Assembly: GCF_030144855.1 (NCBI RefSeq)
Contig: NC_082731.1
Coordinates: forward strand, 22,568,001-22,632,000
Reading direction: 5' to 3'
DNA: 64,000 bases
Source: Hypanus sabinus
Taxonomy: Eukaryota
The notes under the pieces were generated by a model, which was given only the letters and a program-made list of their open reading frames with translations, made no database searches and was not told where the DNA came from. Both the position numbers and the translations under genes were made by a program. How positions within the stretch are numbered: position 1 is the first letter of the stretch; every line of letters begins with the position of its first letter. This document shows, piece after piece, positions 1 to 12,048 of the stretch.

Positions 1-194
1 AGTGCAATAGAGCTGGTGTAATTTACTTCATACTTATAAAATATGTTCAGCTTAATTGTCATGCAATTGGAATTAGTTGACTGACTTTATTCTTCATCTA
101 AATTCACTACTTATGAGCATGACCTCATCGCGACTCATTCACAACTAATATTCATTTTAATGCAGTCTTGGAAACTGTTCTTTCGTGAATGTTT

Positions 195-407
195 TGCTAT
201 TTCAGTGCATTAAGTAAACAGAGATTACATGTGGTCTATCAGATCGACTGTGATTTTCGTCCAGAATCAATAAAAGGACAAGCTGAAATAGATAGATTGA
301 AGTTCAGAGAGATGATTGTGAGGCACGGACGGCGGTGCAGGGTGGATAGTCAAACGACAGATACCTGTGAGAAGTCACCTTTCCTTAGTTTAGCAATCTG
401 CCCTGTA
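195..407 (+). mobile_element. Penelope-like element GIY-YIG endonuclease relic, copy A (split by Tc1; continues about 1857-1925)
   Basis: Frame 189+ reads HVVYQIDCDFRPESIKGQAEIDRLKFR..RH, resembling the PLE GIY-YIG pattern VVYxIxC..C..YIGQT.R.L..R..EH; homologous to 32130-32430. Confidence 0.5.
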
Positions 408-1856
408 CAATGGCATGCAAATCTTTGGATACCCCTGGTCAATATTTCTGTTACTGTGAATAGCTAAGGGAGTAAAAGATTATTTGATATACATTAGGCA
501 TAAAGTTAATGATGACTCATTTCTTTAATAGTTTAATCAAGATATTTTTTTGTTTATTCTTTAGAGCTTCAAAACAACAAAAATGGAAAAAGGCCGGAAG
601 CAAACGTTTGGGCACCCTACATGGTCAGTACGTAGTTCCGAACCCTTTGGCAAGTACCAGTGCATGGAAACGGTTTTTCTGACAGAGATGTGTCTTTCAC
701 TTTTTGTTTGCGGGAGTTTCGCTAACTCTTCCTTGCAAAAGCCTTTTAGTTCTGTGAGCTTCTTGGGCCGTGTTGCTTGCACTGCTTTGTTTCAGGTCTA
801 TTCACATATTTTCGATGATGTTTAGGTTGAAAGACTGCGAGAGCCATGGCAAAGCCGTCAGCTTGCACCTCTTGATGTAGTCCATTGTGTATTTCGAGGT
901 GTGTTTAGGATCATTATCCTGTTGTAGAAAAAAAAATCAATGCATCTTCAGATTTTTTTTTTTTGTTTACAGGCGGTGTGAAGTTTGCTTCCAGAATTTG
1001 CTAGTCTTTAATTGCGTTCATTCCTTTCTCAACCAGTAAAATATTAACCGTGCCACTGGCTGTAACACAAGCCCAAGCACTATCGATTTACCACCGTGTA
1101 GGACAGATGCTCCTTTCGTCAAATTCTGCACCCTATTTTCTCCAAGTATACCTTTGACCATTGCGGACAAAAAGTTATTTAAAAAAAAACAAACTCGAGG
1201 AAATCTGCAGATGCTGGAAATTCTAGCAACACACGCAAAATGTTGGTGGAACGCAGCAGGCAAGGCAGCAGCTATAGAGATAAGCATCGTCTACAATTCG
1301 GGCCGTGACCCTTCGTCAGTACGAAGGCTCTTGGACTGAAACGTCGAAATTCTTTTTTTTTTAATTCATAAGTCGACAGGAATTGTTTCCGAAATGCTTC
1401 AGGCTTGTTTAGATGAGCCTCTGTAAATTTATAACACTGAATTTTGTACTGAGGACGCAGGAAAGTCTTTCTACTGCTGACTGGTCCATGAAGGTCATAT
1501 TTATGCAGGTGTCGCTGCACAGTAGATACGTGCACCACCACAGCAGACTCTGCTATGTCTACCTGAAGGTCTTTTGCAATCAAATGCGGGATTTGATTTA
1601 CCTTACTTTAAAATTTATCTGGGAGCACAAAACTCTTGGGGTGCCCAAACTTTTGCATGTTGCTCCTTTCCCTTTTTTTGCACTGTAAAATTGTGGAAAA
1701 CAAAAAAATACGACTCTCGTCATGCTTATAATGTTGACAAAAATGTTTCGCCTTTAACTTTATGAATTTTGGAGTTAAGTTTATTTCTACTTACCTAACT
1801 ATTCACAGTAACAAAAATGTTGACAAGGTATGCCCAGTCATTTGCATGCCGCTCTG
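408..1856 (-). mobile_element. Tc1/mariner transposon, IR/DR type, decayed
   Basis: Left end TA|CAATGGCATGCAAATCTTTGGATACCCCTGGTCAATATTTCTGTTACTGTGAATAG matches the reverse complement of about 1797-1856; inner repeats at about 600-620 and 1636-1659; minus ORF 1272-1583 (STVQRHLHKYDLHG..SRKTFL) is Tc1 transposase HTH-like; frameshifted. Confidence 0.85.
1190..1350. mobile_element. Short Penelope-derived, SINE-like repeat nested in the Tc1
   Basis: AATCTGCAGATGCTGGAAAT...GCAGCAGGCAAGGCAGCA plus two opposed copies of the (CTG)ACGAAGGGTCxCGGCCCGAAACG motif typical of PLE terminal repeats. Confidence 0.6.
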
Positions 1857-2221
1857 TGTGGTGAAACTCTTCTCTCTGCAATCACATTATCGTGTCTCTT
1901 CTTGCTAGCACTAAATGCATAGCCAATACTTGCTTCATTCTGAGAGTTGAAAAGTAAGATTTCCAGAGGGCACCAACTCGCGAAAACTGGGGCAGATGTT
2001 CAAAACATTTCAACAAGCTGCACGAGGATTTTATGCATTATTTTCCTCGAAGATATGGAGACTAAGTGAAACCGTCATTTTCTGGAAATTTAACAAATGA
2101 CCCGTCAGTTAAATAACATGATTTTGATGGAAAGTGTCATGTTAATGACCTCATGATATTCGGTTCAGCTCGAGAATTAGTTTGTTGAATTGAGGTAGTG
2201 TGTTACAAAGTTACAATGAAA

Positions 2222-2222
<1 letters not shown>

Positions 2223-2290
<68 letters not shown>

Positions 2291-2308
2291 CGTGAGAGAG
2301 AGAGAGAG
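2223..2308. repeat. Compound microsatellite (TG)n(CG)n(GA)n
   Basis: Directly visible. Confidence 0.95.
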
Positions 2309-2869
2309 GGAGTGAGAGGCGGAGTGAGAGGCTGGGATGGGAGAGAGAGACAGAACGAAAGATTTTCAAAGAAAGAAGTAACTTACGGAAGCGATGATCT
2401 CAGATGGCAAGTGCTGTAGAGGAAATACATTAGTAAATTATGTGTAAGTGTAAAACCTCACCTGCTGGCGGATTGTTTGAGAATTTTGGAAATTGGCAAG
2501 TGTATGTAAGGCTTAGTTTGTCGTGCAACGTGCTGTTCCCATTGCTTTGCCGTTCAGCTCTCGACGACCAGACGTATCTCTTCACTCACACAAACAGTAG
2601 AAGGAAGTTATCCTTAAACTGTGCGACCTAATGTTGAGTGGAAATTAAATTAACCTAACGTTTATGAACAGTATCGAAATATTCAGCATCTAGATATTTT
2701 GTGGTACATGGTTGCTTTTAAATGTTTTACAGGCATTTAATATGCTTTTCGATCAATATTCCCATATGAATTATCAATGACGTCGATTATATGATTTACT
2801 GGAAGATAAACACTGCTGGTGTCGGCGATAAAATAACCACCGGCCCAATCAGTCGGACGGGTGCAATGA

Positions 2870-3480
2870 ATCTAAGCCGAAACTGCATACTGGAAGGATT
2901 ACCGTCCAGGAAAAAATGGTTATCTGAAGATCAGCACTACGGCATTGAATAGTGCCTATTCGATATGCGGCTTCCGTACATTCCCTTGACTTACCACCAA
3001 CTGGCGCCACTGCTGCTATTAAGGATATGCTGGCCGGTATATTTGTGTGCCAGACACTTGATGCGAACTGTTCTGTACGGTAGAGTAGAGTGTAGTGACT
3101 GTCGGTCTTACATTCAATTTCGACTGCTGGCACGAATCTCGCGAAAGTGAAAGCTGAACTTTCTAAAATCATCCCTGCCGGTACATCGAGTATCTCCAAC
3201 AGCAAGCCTCATTGAACGCAGTTTGCCATTCAAGGTAACCGAACTCCTTTCACACTGACGCTAATCTACAGCGGACCGGGAGCATGTATAGCACTTACAA
3301 GCGTCACAAGCAGTACCACAGGCGTGTGGACAGGCAAAGGCGCGTGGACGTTATTAAACATCCTTCCAGCTGATGTGTACCATAGCTGAAGCAAAATGCA
3401 TTGCTTCGCTCTCCTTTGGAGTAAAGGGGTGAGCCAAGACAGGGCTTCTCAGTTTCTCCATACCTTCCTCGCTGAAGATG
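2870..3480 (+). mobile_element. Highly decayed pogo/Tigger-like DDE transposase relic
   Basis: Frameshifted fragments TVQEK-WLSED, FNFDCWH, KVKAELSKIIPAG resemble DDE_1 family motifs (VQEKGWMDE, DSFRAH, VKAEL..IIPGG). Confidence 0.4.
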
Positions 3481-3599
3481 ATAATCCCGTATGAGATCTC
3501 CGGCCATGTTAATCGACGAAGTAAGCGGACTATAACAGTTGCAGTATTGTTTTGTATGATCTTTTACGAGTATAGGAAGGCGAGCAGTTACCAGGAACT

Positions 3600-6500
3600 G
3601 TTTGGCTTGCGAGAAATTAACTGCTCATAATGAAAAAATGCAACTTGTGGAAAACGACCAGTGAAGGAGTGGAGCTTTGAGGCATTGGCTGGAGAGGTTT
3701 TGGTAGTTTTGGCATTTGGATTGTACAATGAAGTCAAACAAGATTGGAATAGCTCAAATTCTGCAGAGATCAGTTGATTGTGCGATCGAGAATTGAAAAG
3801 CTCAAGAAAAATAAAAAAGGGTAGCTCAAGCAGAGTAGCTGGTGGAGAGCAGCTACTGAGTGAGTGGGCTTGTGAGGGAGTGGGGCTTGATAGGCATCGG
3901 CGAAAAATTTCAGAGGATAGCACAAATGTCTGTGATGACTATATATGCAAAAGGTGCATCTAGCTGCAGCTCTTGTCAAACCGAGTTACGGAACTGGACT
4001 TGATACTGGAAGAACTTCGGATCATTCAGAAGGCATTGGAAGTAATAATCAACCCTAAAAGTCTGCTGACTCGTAATTAGCTGACGTTCAGCACAGGAAA
4101 GGGATTAGACAGAAAAATGCTGAGCAACCCTGTGGCCGTTCCCATCAAAAAATAAGTATACATTTCTGGATACTGTTGGACTACGTACCAGGGACTTTTG
4201 TAGGGGTCCTGTCTCTGGCCCGGAGACTCGACCCTCTGCTCAGAAATGAAGGAAGAAGAAAAGAGCAGTATTGATAAGCGATTCGATAGTTAGGAAAACA
4301 AATAAGAGTTTTTGTGGGAGAGATCGAGAATCCCGAATGGGTGATTGCCTCACAGGTGCCAGGATCCGCGATATCACGGATCGAATTCCAGGTATTCCGA
4401 GGACAGAGGATGAGCAGCCAGATGTCGTTGTTCACGTGGGGACCAGTGATATAGATAGGAGTAGGGATGAGGTCCTGAGGAAGGAATATAGGGAGTTCGG
4501 AACAAAGTTAAAATGCACAACCACAAGCGTGGTAATCTCGGGATTGCTGCCTGTGCCAGGAGACAGAGAGGTTAGGAAAAGGAAGTTATGTCAGATGAAT
4601 GCGTGGCTGATGAGTTGGGGCAGGAGGCAGGGGTTCAGATTTCTGGAACTTTGCGATCTCTTCTGGGGAAGATCTGACCTGCACAAGAAGGACGGGCTGC
4701 ACCTGAACTGGAAAGTGACCACCATCCTGACGGGCAGACTTATAAGAGATGTTGGGGAGTGTTTAAACTAGCTTGTAAGGGCGGTATGATTCAGAATGTG
4801 AATGCAGAGAGTAGGGAAGAAAGACATGCCTGATGCTATGTATTCTGAGTTGGTGAGGAAGGACAGGCTGTGGAAAAAGTCATAAATCTAATCAGTTAGA
4901 GGGGTTGAAATCTATTTGTTTCATCTCCACGAGTATCAGGAATAAAGGTGATGAATTTAGAGCATGAATCAGTACTTGGAACTATAATGTTGTTGCCGTT
5001 ATTGAAACTTGGCAGGAGAAAGGGCAGGATTGGTTAATGCATATACCGGGGTTTATTTCACTTAAAAGGAATAGAATGTTAGACAAAGGCGGGAGGGATA
5101 GCATTACTGCTCAGGGGTAATATCACATCTATAGAATATGAGGACGCTGCAGAGGAAGTGTCCACTGAGTCCGTGTGTGAGTAAGTCAGAAATATGAAGT
5201 CGTCAATCACTGGGAGAAGTCTATAGCTCCTCCCCCAAAATAGAACAGTGCCTGACGAACCACGTGAGGCAACTCGTCAAGAGGAAGAAGGAAACATGTG
5301 TTAGATATAAGAAGCAGGATGCAGGAAAGCCTCATCAGAAATATAGGGTAGCCAGAAGGGAACTTAAGAAAAAGATTTGTGATAACTTGGAGTGTAGAAT
5401 TAAGGAGAACTCCAAAGTGTTCTATGCGCATGTGAAGAACAGAAGGATGACAAGAGTGACGGAGAACCCTCTGAAGGATAAAGAATGCAACATGTGCCTG
5501 GCGGCGGAGGAAGTTGGGGAGGTCCTAAATGAATATTTTCTTTCTATATTCCCAACTGAAATGGAACTTGTTCAGGGTCAGGGCGAAATGCAACAAGCCT
5601 GTGTGCTGGGCAACGTTAAGGAAGAAAGAGTGTTGGACGTTGTTAAAAACATCAAAATAGATAAATTCCCAGGACCGTACGTGATATACTCCAGGTTGCT
5701 GTCGGAAGGGAGAGAAGAGATCGTTGGAGCCGTAGCTATGATTTTTGAGTACACTTTGGCTACAGGGGAGGTGCCGGAGGATTGGAGAAATTCCTAATTT
5801 GGTGCCCTTGTTTAAAAATAAGTTAATAGGGAGAATCCTGGGAACTATAGATCGGTTAATCTTACGTCAGTGGTCTGCAAAATATTGGAAATGGTTCTTA
5901 AGATTAGGATCTACAAGCACTTGAATAAGTATAGCCTACACAAGGATAGTCAACATGGCTTTGTGAAGGGAAAGTCGTACCACCCGAGCCTAATTGAGAT
6001 TTTTGAAGAGATAACTAAGCAAATTGACGAGGGTGCGGCGGTAGATGTGGTCTGCGTGGGTTATAGCAAGGCACTTGACAAATTCCGTCACGAGAGACTC
6101 TTTCATAAAGTCACGAGGCATGGGCTCAGAGGAACCTTGGCTGTTTGGATAAAAATCGGCTTATAGGAAGAAAATAGAGGGTAGTACTGGAAGTAAAGTA
6201 TTATGCCTCGAATTCGGTGACAACTGGATTCCCGCAATGAACTGTTCTGGGACCCTTGTTCTTTGTGATGTTTTATAAATACCGGGAAGAAGAGTTGGAA
6301 GGATGGGTGAGTAAGTTTGCGGAGGTCGCGAAGATTGGATAAGTTGTGGATGCAGCTGCAGGTTGTCGAAAGTTACAAGAGGATATAGACAGAATGCAGA
6401 GTTCGGCAGAAAAGTGGCAGAAGGAGAAGTGATAGGTGATGCTTTTTAGAAGGACAAACCAGAAGGCTGAGTGCAAGTTACTTAAGAGTGTGGATGAACA

Positions 6501-7200
6501 GAGGGACCTTGGTTTTCAAATCCATACATCCCTCAAGGTCGCTGCACAGACTAATAGGATAGTCAAGAAGGCCTGGGATGTTAAGCTTAATTAATAGCGG
6601 GATCGAGATCAAGAGTACAGAGGTCATTTTGCAACTTTACAAATCTGTGGTGAGACTACTCTTAGAGTATTTTATTCAGTTCTGGTCACCTCATTGTAGA
6701 AAGGACGTGGAAGCTATAGAGAGGGTGCAGAGGAGATTTACCAGGACGATGCCTGGATTGGGAAAACAAGTCTTACGAGGAAAGATTAGCAGAGTTTAGA
6801 CTTATCTCTTTGGAGTGAATAAGGATGAGAGGGGACCTGATAGAGATGTTCAAGATTATGAATTGCATAGATAAGGTGGATAGGAAGTAGTTGTTTCCCA
6901 GGGCAAGAATAGCAAACGCCAGAGGGAATATGTACAACGTTAAGGGAGAGAGGTTTACGAAAGTCATCAGGGGTAAGTTTTTTTTTTTGACAGATGGTTG
7001 TGGGTGCCTGGAAAGACCTGCCAGATATGGTGGTGGAGGCTAAATATTAGGGGCATTTAAGATTCTCTTGGAAAGGCATATGGATGAAAGTAAAATAGAG
7101 GGATACAGTGTAGTGTGGGTTTAGCATTTTTTAAGGAATATATGGGTCTACACAAAGGGGCAAACTGCCTGCACTGTGCTGTAGATTTCTAGTGTCTAAT
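3600..7200 (+). mobile_element. CR1-clade LINE, near full length, decayed, with an internal deletion in ORF2
   Basis: ORF1 zinc-finger fragment (ICKRC), SGNH esterase ORF 4271-4771 (SDSIVR..PGAR-like..VVVHVGTSD), APE fragments about 4900-5250, RT fragments 5264-6800 (DSQHGFVKGKS, LVR..LEY..QFWSPH), CR1 3' UTR. Confidence 0.9.
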
Positions 7201-8210
7201 GATCAAGAATGGTGTACCTACATTTCTGAAGAGTTGGGTTACATATGTGATTCGGGCGATTGCATCCGGCATTGGTTCGATATGTTTAAGAGGGAAAACA
7301 GTTGCACAACTGAGACACTCCGGAAATGGCTGATAGTCTTTTAAGCTGGTAAGATGTTGGTGGACTAGTTTTGTACACAGCGGGTAACTACTTGTTTTAT
7401 CGAACTGCTGATTGTTCTTTTGTGCTTTTATGCACTTTTTCTAGGGCGGAGGCAGGGTTTTGAAATTTTCAGAAGCAACAATTTTCATGGTGTAGTTTAT
7501 TTCGAGTTTTTGAAGTGATAGTTTACTTGCCAGTCGATTGCGGCTACCGCTACGCTGGTCATTAATTGACCCACTAGAAAGCTGCAGGAGCTTGATGTCA
7601 TCGGTTTCCATGCGTGTTCCAACGCAAATGCTCCGTTACAGACGCAATTGCCATATACGAATAGCAGATGCGAGAGATTCACCTGTCTTTTCTTTGTTTA
7701 AAAGACCTGTTTCACACACGGAGGTAGAGAGCACTGCTGAATAACCTTTCGGAAAGTATGTCGCAAATAGACCATGCAAACAGAACGTTGACGCATGTGC
7801 ACGATCAACTTGGTTTCTGTTGAAAGTTTCGTTTTCATATTGTAAATTGATTAAACTAGATGAAGTACCTGCTGAGTTTCAATTGATAACGCAGCGTTTC
7901 GTAACATAGGATGGCGTCGATGAGCATCTGTTTGACGTCGATTATTAATTGAAGGATTATTTTTTTTTCCTGCAAAATAATCCTTACTGTGCTTATTTGT
8001 ATAAAGTGTCCTCTGTCCAATTTACCAATCCAGTGAACATGATTCCCGTTAATAATGATACTGCTGAGAATGAGTGAAAACGACAAATAAATCATCTACT
8101 GGTCAGCACGGCGTTGTAAAATAATGGTGAACATAACAAACAGCACATCAACCTGATACCGTTCACTTTCATCAGACGCCATCAACATGTTTATGTACGT
8201 TTGCATTAAA

Positions 8211-8433
8211 NNNNNNNNNNNNNNNNNNNNNNNNNNNNNNNNNNNNNNNNNNNNNNNNNNNNNNNNNNNNNNNNNNNNNNNNNNNNNNNNNNNNNNNNNN
8301 NNNNNNNNNNNNNNNNNNNNNNNNNNNNNNNNNNNNNNNNNNNNNNNNNNNNNNNNNNNNNNNNNNNNNNNNNNNNNNNNNNNNNNNNNNNNNNNNNNNN
8401 NNNNNNNNNNNNNNNNNNNNNNNNNNNNNNNNN
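8211..8433. other. Assembly gap (223 N)
   Basis: Run of N. Confidence 1.
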
Positions 8434-8779
8434 TCCCCTGCTCTTTCATTTTCTCTGTACCTATGGATCGATCTATCGACGTCTTTATTTCTTTGTATCT
8501 TGTTTTCATTTCAATTTAACAAGCGTGCTATATTAGACGATGGATTCTCCACTGTGGCTATGTTATTAAGCTGGTACTTTCATTCTCCGGTATGGACTTA
8601 CAGTATTATGTTTATCTTCTCTCATCAATTGAGAAGAAAAGTGCACCTGATCTCTATATCATCCTGTGAATGTATGAATCTGAACTGCAGCGGCTTCTCC
8701 TTCCTGCAAATGACTCTCCTTGATGCAAATGCAAATTACGCCATCTGGTTTCTTTTTACACCTCTGTCGTTACAGTGTA

Positions 8780-10060
8780 TCAGGACGGGACAGTGGGACT
8801 ACTGATACCGTCTTGTGTTAAATCTGTTTTGCATCTTTAGATGTCTTGTGTCCGTGTATCCCGCAGACTACCAAGCTGGCAGTTACGGTTCTCTATCGCC
8901 GCCTTTTGTTCAAAGGAATACGGTAGGGAGACTGAGAAACTGATACCTTGCCTGAAATGAAAGGCGAAGGGCCTCGATCTCCAAACTCAGTCCACGTAAT
9001 CTTATGATTGGTAAGAACCCATTCCGACCAGGCGTCCACTAATGTCCATGATAAAATTCCTTCGTCCTCGCAGTACTATAACTCTGAGTAAGCCATATCA
9101 CACATACCACTTGCTCTTGCAATCCTCTGCAGAGGGAAGTATGGATAACCGGGTTCCTGCCGTCTCCGGAATGGTTTGCTAATGCTGTATCCCAATTGCA
9201 GAACTCTCACTGCCTTGCCTATGGCCAAGCTGACTCCTGCTTGGTTTATTTCCTTGTCATCCCTGTCCTCCACTCCTAACAAAACTGTACACGTTGATGC
9301 CTTGAACTCCTCTACTACTGATGACAACGGGAGCTGTAGCTGGCCTGTTCTTATGTAGAGACCCACTGATGAACAAGTTGGGATAATCCCCAGACTCCTC
9401 CTCAAGTACATGGTTATCCTTTTGATACATTCTGCAGCGGCCCCAGGGATCTCGTACAACTTCAACAGCCAGAGAAGACATGGAGTCGATCATGTTGTTA
9501 AGGCATGACTTAAATTTAGCTGTCAGTCCAGTTCTGTCGATCTTCTGCAGGATCTCTTTGGTCTGCATTTGTGTGTCAGTGATCTTGACATTGTCTCACA
9601 TTGCTGCATTACACCGCTTTCCAAAATATTTCACTAGGTTGTCCTCATTCGACGGAACGACTTTTCTTCGTACTGAAGACATAACATGCTAGTAGACTAG
9701 CCTTTTCCTATTACTTTGTATCTGGAATTCTTGGCTAAGCAGCTGACTTAGTCTGATCATACCAGCACAGCTAACTACGTTCTCAGGGTTTTCAATAACT
9801 ATTTTGCGTGGACATTGGTTGCTGTTATTTAGTGTGATGTCATCTGTGGACTCCCACAAGCTGGGCTTCATTAGAGCTAACGTCTGTTGCTGCTAATGTG
9901 AGGAGATACCAACTGATGAAAATCAAGATGGCGGAGATTGTGCAACCGATTGGAATCCCTTTTTAGACGGTTGGCCACCTGACTGTAAGATGGGCAGAAG
10001 TGAAGTGCAGTTGAGTCATCCTAGGTATCTGATATTCATGTTTTGCCTTACTAGTATGAT
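8780..10060 (-). mobile_element. HERO-like RLE non-LTR retrotransposon relic
   Basis: Minus-strand fragments KGIPIGCTISAIL (RT), LQKIDRTGLTAKFK, YLRRSLGIIPTCSSVGLY..LQLPLSSVVEEFKA match the HERO-clade RT/thumb pattern as I recall it. Confidence 0.7.
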
Positions 10061-10319
10061 ATAATAGTGGTCCAGATCATTCTTAATGAGGACTTGTAGT
10101 ATTGAACCGTCGGCGTTGGCGAGTTATAACCAGGCAACTGGTAGGTTATCTTTCATTTCCCTGGCTTTGCGAAGCAATTGGCTGATCATTGCGATGCATT
10201 CAAGAAACATTGAAAACAATGAGTGTGTCACATTTCTGGGTGAAGGTGTTGAAATGCTGCTACTCTAATGAGGGATATTGTTACAGAAAAATGAGACCAA
10301 AGGAAATTGTAGGGACGCG

Positions 10320-12048
10320 AAATGACAATGGACAACAGACAATCGGTGCAGGAGGAGTAGGCCATTCGGCCCTTTGGGACGGTACCGCCATTCACTGTGA
10401 TCATGGCTGATCAATCACTATCGGTTCCCCGTTCCTGCCCCTCCACTTATCCTTGCCTCCATTTTCCCTAAGAGCTAGATCTAACTGGTTCTTGAAAGTA
10501 TCGACGGAATTGGCCTCCACTGCCTTCTGAGGTAGAGCTTTCCACAGATCTGCAAATTTCTGGGTGAAAAAGAAAAGATTTTCATCAGCTCCGTTCTAAG
10601 TGGCTTACCCCTTTTTCTTAAACTGTGGCCTCTGGTTCTGAACTCCCCCAACATCGGGAAAATTTTTTCCTGCCTCTAGCTAATCCCTTAATAACCTGAT
10701 ACGTTTCAATCAGATGCCCTCCCATCCTTCTAAATTCCAGTGTACACAAGGCCGGTCGCTCCAAACATTCAGCATATTAGAGTGCCGCTATCCCTGGGAT
10801 TAACTTCGTGTACCTACTTTGCACTACCTCAATAACAAAAATGTCCTTCCTGAAATTTGGAGACCAAGACTGCGCACAATACTCAAGGTGTAGTTTCACC
10901 AGGGCCGCGGACAACTACAGAAGGAATGCTTTGCTCCTATGCTCAACCCTCCTTGTTACTAAGGCCAACTTGCCATTAGCCGTCTTCACTGCCTCTTGTA
11001 TCTGCATGCTTACTTTCAGTGACTGATGGACAAGGACGCCTAGATCTCGTTTTAATTCCCCTTTTCCAAACTTGACATAATTCAGATAGTAATCTTCCTT
11101 CCTGTTCCTGCCACCAAAATGGATAACCTCACATTTAAACACATTAAACTGCATCTGCTATGCATATGCCCACTCACCCAACCTGTCCAAGTCATACTGC
11201 ATTCTCATTACATCCTGCACACATTCCACACTGCCACCCAGCTTTGTGTCATCTGCAAATTTAGTAATGTCATTTCTAACCACTTCATAAAAATCAATAA
11301 TGTATATTGTACATAGATATTGTCCCAGCAACGAGCCTTGCGATACCCTACTAGTCACTGTCTGCCATTCTTAAAGGGACCCGCTAATCCCTACTCGTTG
11401 TTTCCTGTCTTTCAACTATTGTCCTATCCATGTTTGGACGTTACCTCCAATACCATGTGCTCTAATTTTGTCCATTAATCTCCTATGTGGAACACTATTA
11501 ATGGTTTTCTGGAAGTCCAGGTACACTGAGTCCACTGGCTCTCCCTTGTCCATTATCATTGTTACTTCCTCAAATAACTCCAGTTTAGTCAAGCATGATT
11601 TCCCATTCGTAAATACATGCTGATTCAGACTGAACCTGTTACTGCTGAACAAATGTGCCGCTATTGCATCTTTTATAATTGACTCCAGCATCTTCCCCAT
11701 CACTGATGTCAAGCTAACTAATCTATAATTCCCTGTTTCCTTTTTCCCTCCTTTTTTAAAATGTGGGTTAACATTGGCGACCGTCCAATCTTCAGGAACT
11801 GTTCCTGAATCTATAGAACATTGGAAAGTGATTACCAATGTGTCCACGATATCGAGAGCCACCTCTTTAAATACCTCGGGATGCAGAACAGCAGGCCCTG
11901 CAGATTTATCAGCCTTCAGTCCCATCCGACTAACCGACACCATTTTCTGCCTAATGTGAATTTCCTTCAGTTCCTCCGTTACCGTAGGTCCTCTGAACAC
12001 TGTTAAATCTCGGCGATTCTTTTTCTCTTCCCTTGTGAAGAAAAATCC
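10320..12048 (-). mobile_element. CR1 LINE 3' part, interrupted by an LTR element (resumes 14172-14201)
   Basis: RT ORFs 11416-12087 and 11158-11358 (QGSLLGQ, KFADDTKLGG); 3' tail at 10320-10420; host sequence GAAGA.A.ATCC|GATCCAAAGTAGCTGTTC rejoins across the insertion. Confidence 0.9.

Noticed and set aside
2387-2640. Minus-strand splice-like signals (48-nt GT-AG intron, 27-nt micro-exon) with an SNG..TYTCQ peptide recalling a TCR C domain
   Set aside because: In-frame stops, implausibly short intron, no first Cys or TM exon
8096-8519. ORFs spanning N runs (also 53300-53813) and ORFs made of microsatellite translations (CVCV, YIYI, ERER)
   Set aside because: Artefacts of gaps and simple repeats
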